From Octopus vulgaris (taxonomy: Eukaryota), in NCBI GenBank assembly GCA_951406725.2, contig OX597834.1, positions 8,866,001 to 8,930,000 on the forward strand: a DNA stretch of 64,000 nt, read 5' to 3'. A model generated the notes under the pieces. That model was not told the origin of the DNA and did no database searches. It worked only from the letters and a program-made list of their open reading frames with translations. Within the stretch, counting starts at the first letter, position 1, and each line of letters opens with the position of its first letter. A program made the position numbers and the translations under genes. Of this stretch, positions 37,591 through 51,365 are shown piece by piece.

Positions 37591-38604
37591 CACATAATTA
37601 AATATTGCAATTTATTTTTCCTTGTTGTTTACTGGATATTCTCAGCAACGCCTTTCTAATTAACTCTATGTATTATTTGCATTTCTTACACCTGCAAACA
37701 CTAGCTGCTACTCTACTAGTCTACAAGTAAGGTGCCTCACTCACTACGTAATGCCTGTCGTGTTAGGGAAGCGCCAGGTTTTGAATATTCTTTAATGATG
37801 ACGTTGTGATCGACCAGATTTAGGATGACAGGTATTCTGGCTGAGGATACTTCGGTATAATTTCCTAGTTGTTATGGAATTTGCGATACGTTATCAAGTG
37901 AGAACTTCGTATTATTTATGCTTTATTTGTAACGATGTGAAGTTTTATGGAGACGTGGCTGCTATTTTTAATAAGTCGAGCTGCCAAGATGGCACTAAAT
38001 GGTTAACTTCTGTTGTTTAATTTCAGATAGGCAAACATTTTATCAAAAGCATTGTGTCCATGTATATTCGGTTTTGTCGTCAGGCATTGCAGCGCAATAA
38101 ATAATTTGACAAATGTATCCGTCCTTTCAAGATGATAACATATAAGATGTGGAAGGCTTGGCTGCTATATCTAGAGTAAAATAATTGAGGCAAATGAGTT
38201 GAATCAGAGTCTCTCTGCGGTTCTTGTGCATTGGCACTATGTCAGTTCTGAGGGCGTGGCCATCACTGTAACCATTCAGCAGTTTTCTATGTTCAGCACC
38301 AAGTAATCTAAGTAATAAATTCTTAATTATAATGCAATGAGCTTTGAATTGAAGTATCTTTAGCAGCTATTTCTAGCATGATAAGACTTATGGTGGTGAA
38401 AGCGTTAAAAAGCTCAAAAACAAAGAATTTCCTTTTATATGTAGTAGCCGTAGAACATTGCGTGTGTCTCTGCTGGTTAAGAGCTGCAGTATACGATTTG
38501 GTGGATATTTGACTTCTATTACTAGCGCGGTGTTTTACTCTGTGGAATCATGTTTAATAGTATCGTCATTAATAGTATAGTCATCAGTAGTACAAAAATA
38601 TTAT

Positions 38605-38606
<2 letters not shown>

Positions 38607-38658
<52 letters not shown>

Positions 38659-38708
38659 CCCATGCACGCACAGGTATATTTATACATACATACACACACA
38701 CACATGTA

Positions 38709-38754
<46 letters not shown>

Positions 38755-38798
38755 CATGTATATATGTACATGTATATATGTACATATATATATATATA

Positions 38799-38844
<46 letters not shown>

Positions 38845-38882
38845 ATATATATATATATATTATAATATATATATATATATAT

Positions 38883-38930
<48 letters not shown>

Positions 38931-38931
38931 T
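38607..38931. repeat. (TA)n-rich compound microsatellite
   Basis: Direct reading. Confidence 0.95.
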
Positions 38932-40429
38932 CAAACGTAACCAGATTATTAAAATCTACCTACTTCATTTGATAGTTTTATGACCCTGATCAAGATAATC
39001 TTTTCACCTCCTAATATACAATTTGGACAAATATTTCTCAATCATTGCATTCATATATTTTATCAAAGTGAATTTCAGTTTACTGATAGAAACAGAACGG
39101 AAAACATCATCTAATGCTAAATATATTACATATGCATAAAATCAAAGACAGCGGACATATATAAAACAGCACACCCCTTCACAAGAACATATACAAACTG
39201 CTAGACACTCATATCCGCAAACATAGTGAGAGAAATCGTGTTTATGAGTTTAATAAGTGCATGGCATGATTTACCTATGAGTGATATCATGCAATTAATT
39301 TCGCTTATATTGGCAACATGGTAGGTGAGTAAGAGGTCTGTCGTTATAGTTCTAACGACTAAACATTTGCAGTTATCTGACGCAATTATTTTCAAAGACA
39401 TTCAGTTCCACTTTACCTCCTATGTTTCATGGGTTGATTAAACGGAAACCAATCAATGCAATTAATGATTAGAGCGATCGGTGTAATGAATTATGTCCTA
39501 ATGTGTTCTAAATTGGTACCAAGTACTAAGGGTTCGAAACACAACATTAAAACAAGTGATTATTTTCTATTAATCAATTCGCCAAGCGAAATGAACTTCA
39601 TTTCGAGTGACGTAACAGTCCTGTCTTTTGGTATCAGCGTACCTGATGGTTGCCTGGAGACCTCACGATTCTGGTATTCAGTTCCGATCTTTGTATGTTG
39701 TGCTTTGCTGTTAATGAAGAAATACTAGAGCCAAATAAGCGTTAATTCCCCTTCTGCAAGTATTAACCTTATTGACAGAGGAAGTCAGAAAGGAAATAGC
39801 AGCTATAAATTATCAATATGAAATCAGAATCTAGGAGACGTAACTAAATACAAAATTTATAGTCTATATCGAATTCCAAAGTCAAATAATTAGGAAAATT
39901 ACACACGTGCTATTTCAAATTTCAAAACACTTTAAGATGTGATTCATATGTAATCTGAAAAAGGTGAAGAGAGTATGTAAATCTCACCATACCGATATAA
40001 AGTAACATATTTTGACCGGCACTCTAATGCTGCCGCAATTCAACTCTATTTAAATATTTAAATACTATTGTTGAAGAAAAAAAGATATTAAATGTGGTGT
40101 AATCATTTCAGTTAATTGAATAAATGTTTCATATTTCAATTTTCTCAAAGAGGCAAGCTGGCAGAATCATTAGCACGCCGGACAAAATGCTTAGCAGCAT
40201 TTCGTCCATTTTTACCTCCAGAATTCAATTTCCCTCGAGGACGACCTCACTTTTCGAGATCTATGAAATAAATATACACGAACTGATTTGAAATTCATTC
40301 GAGGTCGAATTTACATCTGATTCCCTCGTGGTCGCTAAAATAACAAGTTGAAGAATGCAGATGATATAATCTTCTTAAATATTCCCCCAAAATTTAACTA
40401 AATTTGAAACATTTATTTATTTTCTTTTT

Positions 40430-40830
40430 CTCCATAGTTTCAGCTCAGAGCTGCGGCCAAGCTGATGCACCGCCATTTTGCTACACTGTTATTACTAAGA
40501 ACCTTCTCTAATATGTGGCACTTGGTCAAGAATGGAGTTTGATATAGCTACCCTCTTGCCGTGAGGTAGGTTCATCTGGGACTTTCGACAGGAAGAGGTC
40601 CAACTTTGATGTAAAAACCCCTGAATCTACTTTGTGCAAGTTCCTCAGACTCATTGGGAGAATATTAAAAAACTGTGGGCACTTGAAACCCAGGCTGTCG
40701 CAGTAACTGGTCCTGAAGCGTGATGGCATTGCTGGGATCTTTGGCACTATGCAGTGTCATTCCTTCTGTTAATTGTGTAGCTTTCAATGCCAAAATTTTG
40801 CACAATTCCTACCAGGATCTTCCAGGAAGG
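40430..40830 (-). mobile_element. CR1-like LINE 3' fragment
   Basis: SLGFKCPQFFNILPMSLRNLHKVDSGVFTSKLDLFLSKVPDEPTSRQE plus tail aaatggcggtgcatcagcttggccgcagctctgagctgaaac. Confidence 0.85.
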
Positions 40831-41391
40831 AATTGTGCCAAATTTTGAAATTTAAATTTCAAAAACATTTTATCGATTTTTTTCACTTCATCGTTTTATA
40901 TAATGAAATTTCACCTACTGCGTAAATTTTATTTTGAAATATAGTTTGCATAAACATTCACCTTAATTATTAAGTATAAACATATGACATCGATGAAGAA
41001 ATCTAATACTTAATAATTCATATCCTTCAACATCAATTAAAGATTTATTATGTAAAGTATATGTAACTGTGTCAACAGAAATACTAAAATGTTGCACTCT
41101 TAGCACAGATATATAAAGAGAAAATATATCGGTTTACTTGCATTTTAAATAGTCGCTCTGGTTCTGCCCAGATGTAATTTTATCAGACCGCCTGATCAAG
41201 CCAATAACAAATCATTACAATTATGATTTAATTTCAAAGAAAATGAGGTGAAGAGGGACATATGCAAACGAATCTTTTCGAGTGTAGTCCCACAACTTGT
41301 GAAAGCAGCACATTAGGGAAGTCTCCGCACTGCCCGATAACTTGTCATTATTTACACTTGGCGGATATTTGTCCTCATCTTGTTTGTTGTT

Positions 41392-41437
41392 AACACAACG
41401 TTTCGGCTGATATACTCTCCAACCTTCATCAGGTGTC
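41392..41437 (-). ncRNA. Minimal type I hammerhead ribozyme motif, intact core
   Basis: Minus strand GACAC-CTGATGA-A-GGTTG-gagagtatat-CAGCC-GAAA-CGT-T-GTGTT. Confidence 0.7.
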
Positions 41438-41532
41438 TTGGAGAAATTTCGAAACTGGGTTCTCTTTCCTAAGGTATTTTTGGATGTTATTTATATCTTA
41501 GGAATGAGAACCAAGTTTCGAAATTTCCCCAA

Positions 41533-41578
41533 GACACCTAATGAAGGCTGGTGGGTATCTCAGCCGAAACGTTGTGTT
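41533..41578 (+). ncRNA. Minimal type I hammerhead motif with G5A core mutation
   Basis: GACAC-CTAATGA-A-GGCTG-gtgggtatct-CAGCC-GAAA-CGT-T-GTGTT. Confidence 0.6.
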
Positions 41579-42742
41579 AACAACAAACAAGATGAGGACA
41601 AATATCCGTCAAATGTAAAAAATGTAAATAACGTACGTACTTCATAACTTAAATATATGACTGCGATACCTTGTCAGTGCAATTGAATGACGGAAACTCT
41701 CTGGAAGCCTGTAGTGAGTGTGTTTATGATTGCGTTCGTGCTGTGCTTTCTTCCTCCACCTCTGGACAACCAATGATGCTTTGTTTATGTTCTGTCGCAT
41801 GTTCGGATGCCTCTACTACTCTGTTCTCTCTACTCTAGTCGCCTTGACGTCTAAACTTCTTCCGCTATATTTACGTATTGGGCTAGCCTACTTCATCGTC
41901 TGGGGGCTTGTACACAACAGTTTAATACCCCATAACATATCGGTTCATTGAATCACGTCTATAAAATAAGAAGTAGATGTGCAACTAATCTATGCAGAAT
42001 TAATGCGTTTTAAATCGTTTCTAAATCGCATGAATGGCGATCAAAACACAATCAAAGGATATTCCTTACAAATCATTCGTCTAATTCAAATATATATTTT
42101 ATAATTAGATCTCGAGAACAAATCATCAATTGTGAATGATTAGCGCTTCGAATTATGTATCATGCTATTCCTAATTTTTCAGATTCTATAGAAATGCATT
42201 TAACTCTCTCGTCTTTGCACAGAGAAATATTCTGTGTGTACTAACTGGAGGATAAGAAATTTGTACCGACATTCCTCTGGTATTCATTTTCTGTTTAGTA
42301 GGCCGCAGCAATATGAGATGAAATATCTTATACAACGAACGAAAGTCACCCATTGTGTTCCAGGAAACGAAGCAAACTCACTTTGATAATGCGCCAAACG
42401 CCCTTGCAAAAAAGCAACACGCCCCCAAGGCAATATACTCTTAAGCGCACGTGAGAACTCGGATGACAATTAGAGAGATTCATTTGAAATTACAGAAGCG
42501 AGAAATAATTATTCAGATATAAAGATTTGAAATTAGGTTTGGGCATTTAGGCTGAATTTAGGCTGGTGCTTCATATGTGAATAAATGAGCACTACTTCGG
42601 AATATGTACATCTATCTATCTATATATCTATCTAGCTATCTATATATATATATATCTATCTATCTATCTATCAATCTCTTTTCTCCCTCTCTCTTTCTCT
42701 GTATATACACACACATACATACGCACACACATATATATATAT

Positions 42743-42786
<44 letters not shown>

Positions 42787-43209
42787 ATGCGCGTGTATGT
42801 ATCTGTATGTATATATATGTATTTGTGTGTGTGTGTTTATATGTGTATACGTGTGTCTATTTGTCTATGTATGTCTGTGTCTGTATGTGTGTGTGTGTGT
42901 ATTGCGTGAAAGTGAGTGATCAAAGAAAGGAAGGAACCCTCAACATATTTGGCAGAAGTTATATATATTTTTGAGAGGTTTCACTCCACATGACTTATGG
43001 AACCGCGTTCGAAACATCTTTCTCATCAGATGTTAGGACATAAATACATCCATATATATACACATATATGCATCCATGTATAACGTTTTTATAAACAGCT
43101 AGATGCAATGTGATGCCATAAAGGAAAAATTCAAACCAGACAATTATGCAGACACACATATATGTTTAAATAAATAAATAATATATATATATATATATAT
43201 ATTTCCATA

Positions 43210-43598
43210 AGCGTAGGAGTGGCTGTGGGGTAAGTAGCTTGCTTACCAACCACATGGCTCCGGGTTCAATCCCAATGCGTGGCACTTTGGGCAAGTGTCT
43301 TCTACTATAGCCTAGGACCCACCAAAGCCTTGTGAGTGGATTTGGTAGACGGACACTGAAAGAAGCCCGTCGTATATATGTATGTATGTATGTATATGTG
43401 TGTGTTTGTGTGTCTGAGTTTGTCCCCCCAACATCACTTGACAACCGATGCTGGTATGTTTATGTCCCCGTAACTTAGCGGCTCTGCAAAGAGTCCGATA
43501 GTATAAGTACTAGGCTTACAAACAATAAGTCCTGGGGTCGATTTGCTAAACTGAAGGCGGTACTCCAGCAAGGCCACAGTCAAATGACTGAAACAATT

Positions 43599-43600
<2 letters not shown>
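43210..43600 (+). mobile_element. SINE family A, full length
   Basis: Canonical body and tail, in (TA)n context. Confidence 0.93.
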
Positions 43601-43641
<41 letters not shown>

Positions 43642-44131
43642 GTGTGTGTGTACTTATATGCATATGTATATTTATATATAAGACAACAGTGCACTGAGAA
43701 TAGAATTGAAAAAAGAACTTCACGCACTACGACAGACATTTTAAAGACAACCTTGTTTCTGTCTCTCCACCTTTTACTCTTTCTTCTCCACTCTTGTTAT
43801 AAAAACTCAATATGAATGAACTTTCAATAATGTACATTTGTTATAATCTTCAGCGAACATTTACGATTTTAATAATATCTGTCGCTCTGAAACCCATTGA
43901 AGTTTCTGTGAGCATTTTAACATTTGATCATTTAAACATGTTTTTCCCTTGTAAATTTAAACTCTCCTAAACAATTTATTTATATGTGTAACAGTGATAA
44001 AGCAAAAAAGATCTGAAATGTTCAAACCTGATTGGTATTTGATTAAATTCATTACGTAATTTGAAAACGACTATACTTTCTGAGATTCAGGTACATTTTC
44101 AAAGAAATTTCCATATATATATATGTATATA

Positions 44132-44217
<86 letters not shown>

Positions 44218-44228
44218 ATATATATATA

Positions 44229-44419
44229 CTAGTCGCCATGATAGATCGTTAGCTACTACACACATTTTTTTCTCTCCTTGTTTTTTCTGTCCCTTTCTGT
44301 AGAAGAGCGTAGGCTCGAAACGTAAAATACTTTTACTCTTCCTGAGCGTTATGCTAATACATCTGTTTGCTTTGTACACCAACTGTCTTTGTCTTTGGTT
44401 TATTTTCGTAAACTCTCCC

Positions 44420-44421
<2 letters not shown>
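44229..44421 (+). mobile_element. Short Penelope-pLTR-like repeat with variant hammerhead, between (TA)n and (CA)n
   Basis: CTTT-CTGTAGA-A-GAGC-gtag-GCTC-GAAA-CGT-A-AAAT at 44293-44328; homologous to 2797-2931. Confidence 0.6.
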
Positions 44422-44484
<63 letters not shown>

Positions 44485-46265
44485 TGGTACTGTCTCTGAA
44501 CGCGATTATGCTCTTCAAAACTTGAAAGGACCAATGTTAACGAGACCTTATTCACATTCGTCAGATTTTTCACTTTATTATTACTCGGGATTTTGACTCT
44601 GAACTACTATAGAGATATTAATTATATATTCATATGCTAGATAAATCCGTTCGCTTACTTGAACTTAAGGAACTGCTGCCATTAATTACATCTTTCACTG
44701 TAACTACACTCTTTTGAATCATAGATTTATGAGGGGTTTTTTAAAGACATTTTTATTCCTTTTTTTTATTAGTCCCCTACAGTGCAAAAAAGATAAACTT
44801 CGCATTTAATACACCCAAAACATGAACGTACTTAGAGACAATAAGATTTCCTTTCTATCTCTTTATTGCTTAATGGAAATTGAAGCATCGCGGACGAAAA
44901 ACAACTACCTCTGTTAATGTAGATAAACTTTCCATTATTTATGTGAAATTATTAATTCTTAAATCCCTTAATCTCCCTAATTCTTAAATCGATTTAAACA
45001 CAATTCTGCCTAAAACCATTAAAATAGATTGTTTTTATGTTTCGCTAGATTTAACATTTGTCTTCTAAAATGAAGTTCATCATCATTAGTAGTAGTAGTA
45101 GTAGTAGATTTTATATTCTTTATTTTTATGGCCATTATTATTATTATTATAGTAGTAGTAGTAGTAGAAGTAGTAATTGGTCTATTTTATTACTGTATTG
45201 TTATTATTATAAAGTTACTGTTGTTTTAGATTTTAATGCTTATTTGCGTTTATTTTGTGCTATTCTTCAACGAACGCCAACATCTCCAGCCTTTTGTTTC
45301 TCTTGTTTTCAGTCGAAATGATTCATTGTACAACGTATTTTAGCTTAAATTCTATGGACGTTTTACGTAGTCGTTCCTTCATCTCCCGGACAATACGACC
45401 GAATTAGCGTCTAGGCAGTCTGTACCATCTCTAAAACAGAAAATATCGAATAATGGAGACTTGGATCATATGCACGTACACGTAGGGAAAATATGGAAGG
45501 GTCACATGCGGAATAATTATATTGTAGGTGGTATTTTTAGAATTCGAGAATTGTCCGTGTCCGCATACAAACAAATATATATCAATGTATATGCATATGC
45601 ATATAAAAATTCATATATATATATATATATGTGTGTGTATGTATATATCTATCAATATATCTCTCTCTATATATATATATAACCACACATATACACACAC
45701 ACAGGTATATATGTATCTTTGTGTACGTATATCATTATTCAGTTTTGTTTCAAGATTTCTTGCCAATAGAGATAGAACTTGTCTCTAACCTAGATTATAA
45801 AGTGTCTTCATTAGAATTTTAGAAATAAACAGGGTATATTTCTATTCCTGTAGGTATGTATGTATGTATGTGTGGGTATGTATCTTGTTCTTTGTTTGGA
45901 TGGTCGATTGATGGTTATAATTACTTGCAGTTTACATTGGTGATGTAATTCTATAAGAAAGGCTGGTTGGAGAAGAAACTAAGAAAAGTATTTAACTGTA
46001 GATAGTATGTAGATTGAAAATCTTATTAAGAATTATTTCGGCGTGATGTAGGAATATTGTTATCGTTTGATGTTCGGTCAGGCGTGGGAATGAAGCTGTA
46101 AATAGCTGTGAAGAATTCATATAAAACGAGTCTTAGTACAAGACGTTCTTTGTTATATTATACTTGTAGAGACGCACAACTCGTTATAAAATTGTATGTG
46201 TAGATTCGAGTATACGAGTGGAGAACTGATGAGCGATCTTAAGTGCGTATGCGTTTATATGTAAA

Positions 46266-46660
46266 CTAGCAGTATCGCCCGGCGTTGCTCGGGTTTGTAA
46301 GGGAAATAACTATATAAGCATTTTTAGAGATGTAAAGTATAATAGCCATCTCAATATGGCTAACCACAAAGGAGGTGGGGTTGTTACTGTAGCTTTTTAC
46401 GTTCTGAGATTTAATAATACAATTTTAGAGTTCCTTCCCTTATATAATAGCAAAAAATGCATTAAAAATGGGAAACAATTATGGTAATTTTTTTTTAATC
46501 GTAGACTCATCGTAGACGCGCGCCAATACCCAGAAGGGCTTGATATGAATTACGACTATAAGATACCCGCTTTTGGTTACACTGCACCGCAAAATATGGG
46601 AGTAGTTAGGAATCTAAATCGTAGGAGACAGACACACAACTTCACTTTTATATATAAAGA
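46266..46660 (-). mobile_element. Non-autonomous Helitron (395 bp)
   Basis: Minus strand a|TCTTTATATATAAAAG ... cccgagcaacgccggg hairpin, then CTAG|t; A-T insertion site, no TSD. Confidence 0.88.
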
Positions 46661-46734
46661 TATGCTTGTGTGGGTGTGAACACACACGCACACATATATA
46701 CATGTATTTTACATTTTAGGTAATTAGAATTCAG

Positions 46735-47055
46735 CGATACTGGGGTGCCAAATTGACGAGCTGGAATTCTAATGAATCGACGTCAGTACTTTTTGTTTTA
46801 AAGCCTGATGCTTACTCTATATGTTTTACATGAAACGCCAAGTTATGGGGAAGTAATCACACGAACACCGGTCGTCAAGCAGTGTGTGGTGGAGGGCAAA
46901 CACAGAAAGTCACACAGACACAACCACAAACTCACTCTCTCTCTCTCTCTCCCACTTACAAACACACACACACACACATATGTATACATGTACACGGCTG
47001 GCTTCTTTCTGTTTCCCTCTACCGAATCCATTGAAAACGATGTGGTCGGCTCGAG
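46735..47055 (-). mobile_element. Very old SINE family A copy
   Basis: aatcgac..agtact..gtcaagc..ggcttcttt..gtttcc.tctacc.aatcca remnants. Confidence 0.55.
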
Positions 47056-47510
47056 ATGAGACATTTTGGTGGCTATCCTCACTGTCAACAATCTTCTATC
47101 TATTGATTTTCAAATTTAGTATATAGATTAATGAATTTCACTTTTCCTATAAAATCATAGCTAAAATATTATTAACCTTTAGATTTTTTCAAAATTTGGG
47201 CATTTTTGCTCATCAGAAGCGAGTATTTTACACATCCCCGTGAAGATCTGTTTGCATAGTAAGCAAAGAAGCACCAGGTACTCCATAACTGCTTGCGAAG
47301 CACTCTGATTCCATAGTAACCAAAAGTAAGAGTAGCTGAGCATCTTTAATAAAAAATAAACGCCGGCATGGGACACACCGTTCCATGGTTGACTCTTATT
47401 TTTGTAAATTTATTTAGAGAAGGAGATATGTGAAAGATAATTTATTTGATAAAATCCCAGATTGTATTGAAAACTTCCGTTAATATCTGTGTTAAGCAAT
47501 GTTTTCACTG

Positions 47511-47720
47511 TTATTTCTAGCAACTCCTGTTCGTTTTCTCGTAGCTTTTAAATATTTACTTTGCTCACGAATGTTTTAATGTTATTTACCGTTTACTGTT
47601 TACTTTGCTCGTGCATATTTTAATATTTTGGCAGTCATTTCTAGCAACTCCTGTCTGTTTGCTCGTGACTTTAAATATTTGATTTGCTCACCAATCTATA
47701 AATGTTTTTCAGTGTTTACT
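47511..47720. repeat. Diverged direct repeat, ~123-bp period
   Basis: atttctagcaactcctgt...tttaaatattt..tttgctcac...gtttactg occurs twice. Confidence 0.75.
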
Positions 47721-47905
47721 GAAGCTAGTTTAATGCTTTGACATGCCGGTCCCCTCACCACCACTACCACCTTCTTCGCTACTGCGGCAGATGATGGGAA
47801 GGGCAGCGAACGCGCTGTTTTCTGATCAACAGAAAATTGTGAATATTATCGAATTTTGATCACCTGTAGGATTTTTGCTAAATTTTTCTGGAATAACAGA
47901 ATAAC

Positions 47906-48355
47906 AGGCGCAGGAGTGGCTGTGTGGTAATTAGCTTGCTAACCAGCCACATGGTTCCGGGTTCAGTTCCACTGCATGGCACCTTGGGCAAGTGTCTTCT
48001 ACTATAGCCTTGGGCTGACCAATGCCTTGTGAGTGGATTTGGTAGACGGAAACTGAAAGAAGCCTGTATATGTATATATATATATATATATATATGTGTA
48101 TATATATATATGTATGTGTATATATATATGTATGTGTATATGTTTGTGTGTCTGTGTTTGTCCCCCTAGCATTGCGTGACGACCGATGCTGGTGTGTTTA
48201 CGTCCCCGTCACTTAGCGGTTCGGCAAAAGAGAGACCGATAGAATAAGTACTAGGCTTACAAAGAATAAGTCCCGGGGTGGATTTGCTCGACTAAAGGCG
48301 GTGCTCCAGCATGGCCGCAGTCAAATGACTGAAACAAGTAAAAGAGTAAAGAGTA
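47906..48355 (+). mobile_element. SINE family A, full length
   Basis: Canonical. Confidence 0.95.
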
Positions 48356-48660
48356 ACAAAATCGGATTCCGTGTCAAGAATTACATCTATAAGACACTTT
48401 AAAATTTCCTTTTCAAGATTTCGACATGCAGTGACGATAACCACAAATATCCTGGGAATATGGTAGATGACTCTTACCCACAGTGTCACACAGTGGGACT
48501 GAAAACGAAACCACGGAGTTGAGAAGCAATCTTCTTATCACGAGTTGAACATATCATTAACGTTTCTCCAACACGTTATTATCAGCTGTTCATTATACGA
48601 AAACAAAAACCCGAAAAGGAAATAAAATCAAAGGGAACAAAATAAATGAAGGAGAAGCTC

Positions 48661-49052
48661 TTACTCTCTCTCTTTTACTTGTTTCAGTCAGTTGACTGCG
48701 GCCATGCTGGAGCACCGCCTTTAGTCGAGCAACTCGAACCCGGAACTTATTCTTTGTAAGCGTAGTACTTATTCCATCGGTCTCTTTTGCCGAACCGCTA
48801 AGTGACGGGGACATAAACACACCAGCATCGGTTGTCAAGCAATGCTAGGGGGACAAACACGGACACACAAATACACACGCACACATATATATACATATAT
48901 ACGACGGGCTTCTTTCAGTTTCCGTCTACCAAATCCACTCACAAGGCTTTGGTCGGCCCGGGGCTATAGTAGAAGACACTTGCCCATGGTGCCACAACCC
49001 GGAACCATGTGGTTGGTAAGCAAGCTACTTACCACACATCCACTCCTGCGCC
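48661..49052 (-). mobile_element. SINE family A, full length (inverted relative to 47906-48355)
   Basis: Canonical, small deletion in the head. Confidence 0.95.
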
Positions 49053-49447
49053 ATTCTGCGTTTACATTCACACATAAACCGCAAGCTATAATCGTCGACT
49101 GGAATTGTAGGCAAAACAGGAGTAAATATTTAAGGATTGGAATGCCAAAAAACAGATAAATTTTACAAATTAATAATCTCTTGTGCTTTTCACGGTTCCA
49201 CTTCAAAGAACACCAATGATACATCCTTGTTTTTCACCACAGCAGGATACTCAAATTGTGTCACTTCGCAGATCAAATTTTAGATGAACACCATCATCTA
49301 TTCGCTCGTTATTTACCTTGTTTTTCGAGCTATTAGGAAACAGTATTAAGCCAACAAATTAAATTGCACACACAAGCGTGTATATCTCTGTCTGTCTGTC
49401 TCTATTTCGCTCTCTCTATCTCGTTCTTTATATATATATATATATAT

Positions 49448-49841
49448 GTGGTGGCTGCCCCTCGTTATCGAGTATGGCCATTGCATGAAGCTTAATCAAT
49501 GATGTTATCGTGTAATGCTTGTGCAAGATTTTTTTTTAAAGTGAGGAAAAGCTGTGCACTGAGTCAATCCCACTCACTAAGCAACAGCAGCCATAATCCG
49601 AAAAAAAGAACAAGTCAACATCATCGGTAACCACTGAGCCGCAGGTTTTATGTCGGAGTTATCCTAGTTACCTGAGTTACCTTCACCTAGAAGGATGCCC
49701 TAACAAAGGTTAGGAGTCCTTTACTCCCAATGGCTTAACCGCGCGATCGGGTGTACAGTCCGACTATTTCTATGCCCCCGCGCATGATACAGCCTTAAGA
49801 CATTTATTGGATGGCCGTTGACACTCAAGAGTTCCTACGCC

Positions 49842-49843
<2 letters not shown>
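49448..49843 (-). mobile_element. Short non-autonomous RTE derivative (5'UTR-like part joined to RTE 3' end)
   Basis: Minus-strand 3' end cttcatgcaatggccatactcgataacgaggggcagccacc nearly matches 15687-15728; no ORF; between two (TA)n tracts. Confidence 0.7.
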
Positions 49844-49903
<60 letters not shown>

Positions 49904-50463
49904 GTACACTCACACACATATATCTATATGGACTGCTGAAATCTACAAGTTTTTTCATTCATTCTGTTAATGTCCTCTTATTCCTTTCTGTTCATGAGCG
50001 TAAGATCGAAATGTAGAAGCCTTTTTCATTTTCCCGAGCCTCAAATTAATTCACTTGTTTGTCGTTCATCCACCTGCCTTCACATATTTATCAGGAGAAG
50101 ACCAGAAGTCGCTCATGCATACAGGCCTCCCGTCTTCATGCCACCGATGTTATCCAGTGGAAAGGCTCACACAGCTTGGCACCAGTGACTGATATCTCGA
50201 GCTGAGTGAACTGGAGCAACGTGAAATAATGTGTGTTATTCCAGATCACAACTCACAGCCCAGTCCGGGAATCGAATTCACTATCGCATAGTTGTGACCC
50301 TGACGGTCTAACCACCGTGCTATGCGTCTTCGCGCTCACATATATATACACATACACAAATATACACGTTCACCATTTATTTTCAATAATGCGTGACCAT
50401 ATATACCAGTTTAATTACGCAACTCATGTTAAACGTACACTCATATTAATAAACTTAACATAT

Positions 50464-50629
50464 AGGCGCAGGAGTGACTGTGTTGTAAGTAGCTTGCTAA
50501 CCAACCACATGGTTCCGGGTTCAGTCCCACTGCATGGTATCTTGGGCAAGTGTCTTCTGCTATAGCCCCGGGCTGACCAATGCCTTGTGAGTGGATTTGG
50601 TAGACGGAAACTGAAAGAATCCTGTCGTA

Positions 50630-50672
<43 letters not shown>

Positions 50673-50889
50673 TTCTTTGTGTGTCTGTGTTTGTCCCCCT
50701 AGCATTGCTTGACAGCCGATGCTGGTGTGTTTACGTCCCCGTCACTTAGCGGTTCGGCAAAAGAAACCGATAGAATAAGTACTGGGCTTACAAAGAATAA
50801 GTCCCGGGGTCGATTTGCTCGACTAAAAGCGGTGCTCCAGCATGGCCGCAGTCAAATGACTGAAACAACTAAAAGAGTAAAAAGAGTAT
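50464..50889 (+). mobile_element. SINE family A, full length
   Basis: Canonical. Confidence 0.95.
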
Positions 50890-51076
50890 ATATTAATTCA
50901 TTTGTATTTATGATTCTAGAAATAATTTGATTAGAACTATAGGATTGATTAACAGATAAGATTTTTTAGCATAAACCTACGTTGTTTCGCATATAAAGGT
51001 AATCTATACACATATACTATTTCAATGTACGAAGCATATGCAATATTTATTCTGTAATTACAAATCATTTGTATAT

Positions 51077-51365
51077 GGGCACAGGAGTGGCTGCGCGGTA
51101 TGTAGCTTGCTTACGAACCACGTTGTTCCGGGTTCAGTCTCACTGCGTAGCATCTTTGGTATGTGTTTCCTACTATAGCCTCGGGCCTACCAAAGTTTTG
51201 TGAGTGTATTTGGTAGACAGATACTGAAAGAATTCTGTCGTATATATATATATATTTGCGTGTGGGGGTGTTTCTATGTCTGTGTTTGTCCTCACCAACA
51301 TCGCTTTACAACCGAAGCTGGTGTGTTTACGTCCGTAACTTAGCGATAGAATAAGTACTGGGCTT
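51077..51365 (+). mobile_element. SINE family A, 3'-truncated, diverged
   Basis: Head through gatagaataagtactgggc. Confidence 0.85.

Larger units (their letters stand above)
41351..41619. mobile_element. Penelope-type inverted pLTR pair (127-bp arms, 15-bp spacer)
   Basis: 41351-41477 versus 41493-41619, 11 mismatches by eye; each arm holds a hammerhead motif. Confidence 0.8.
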
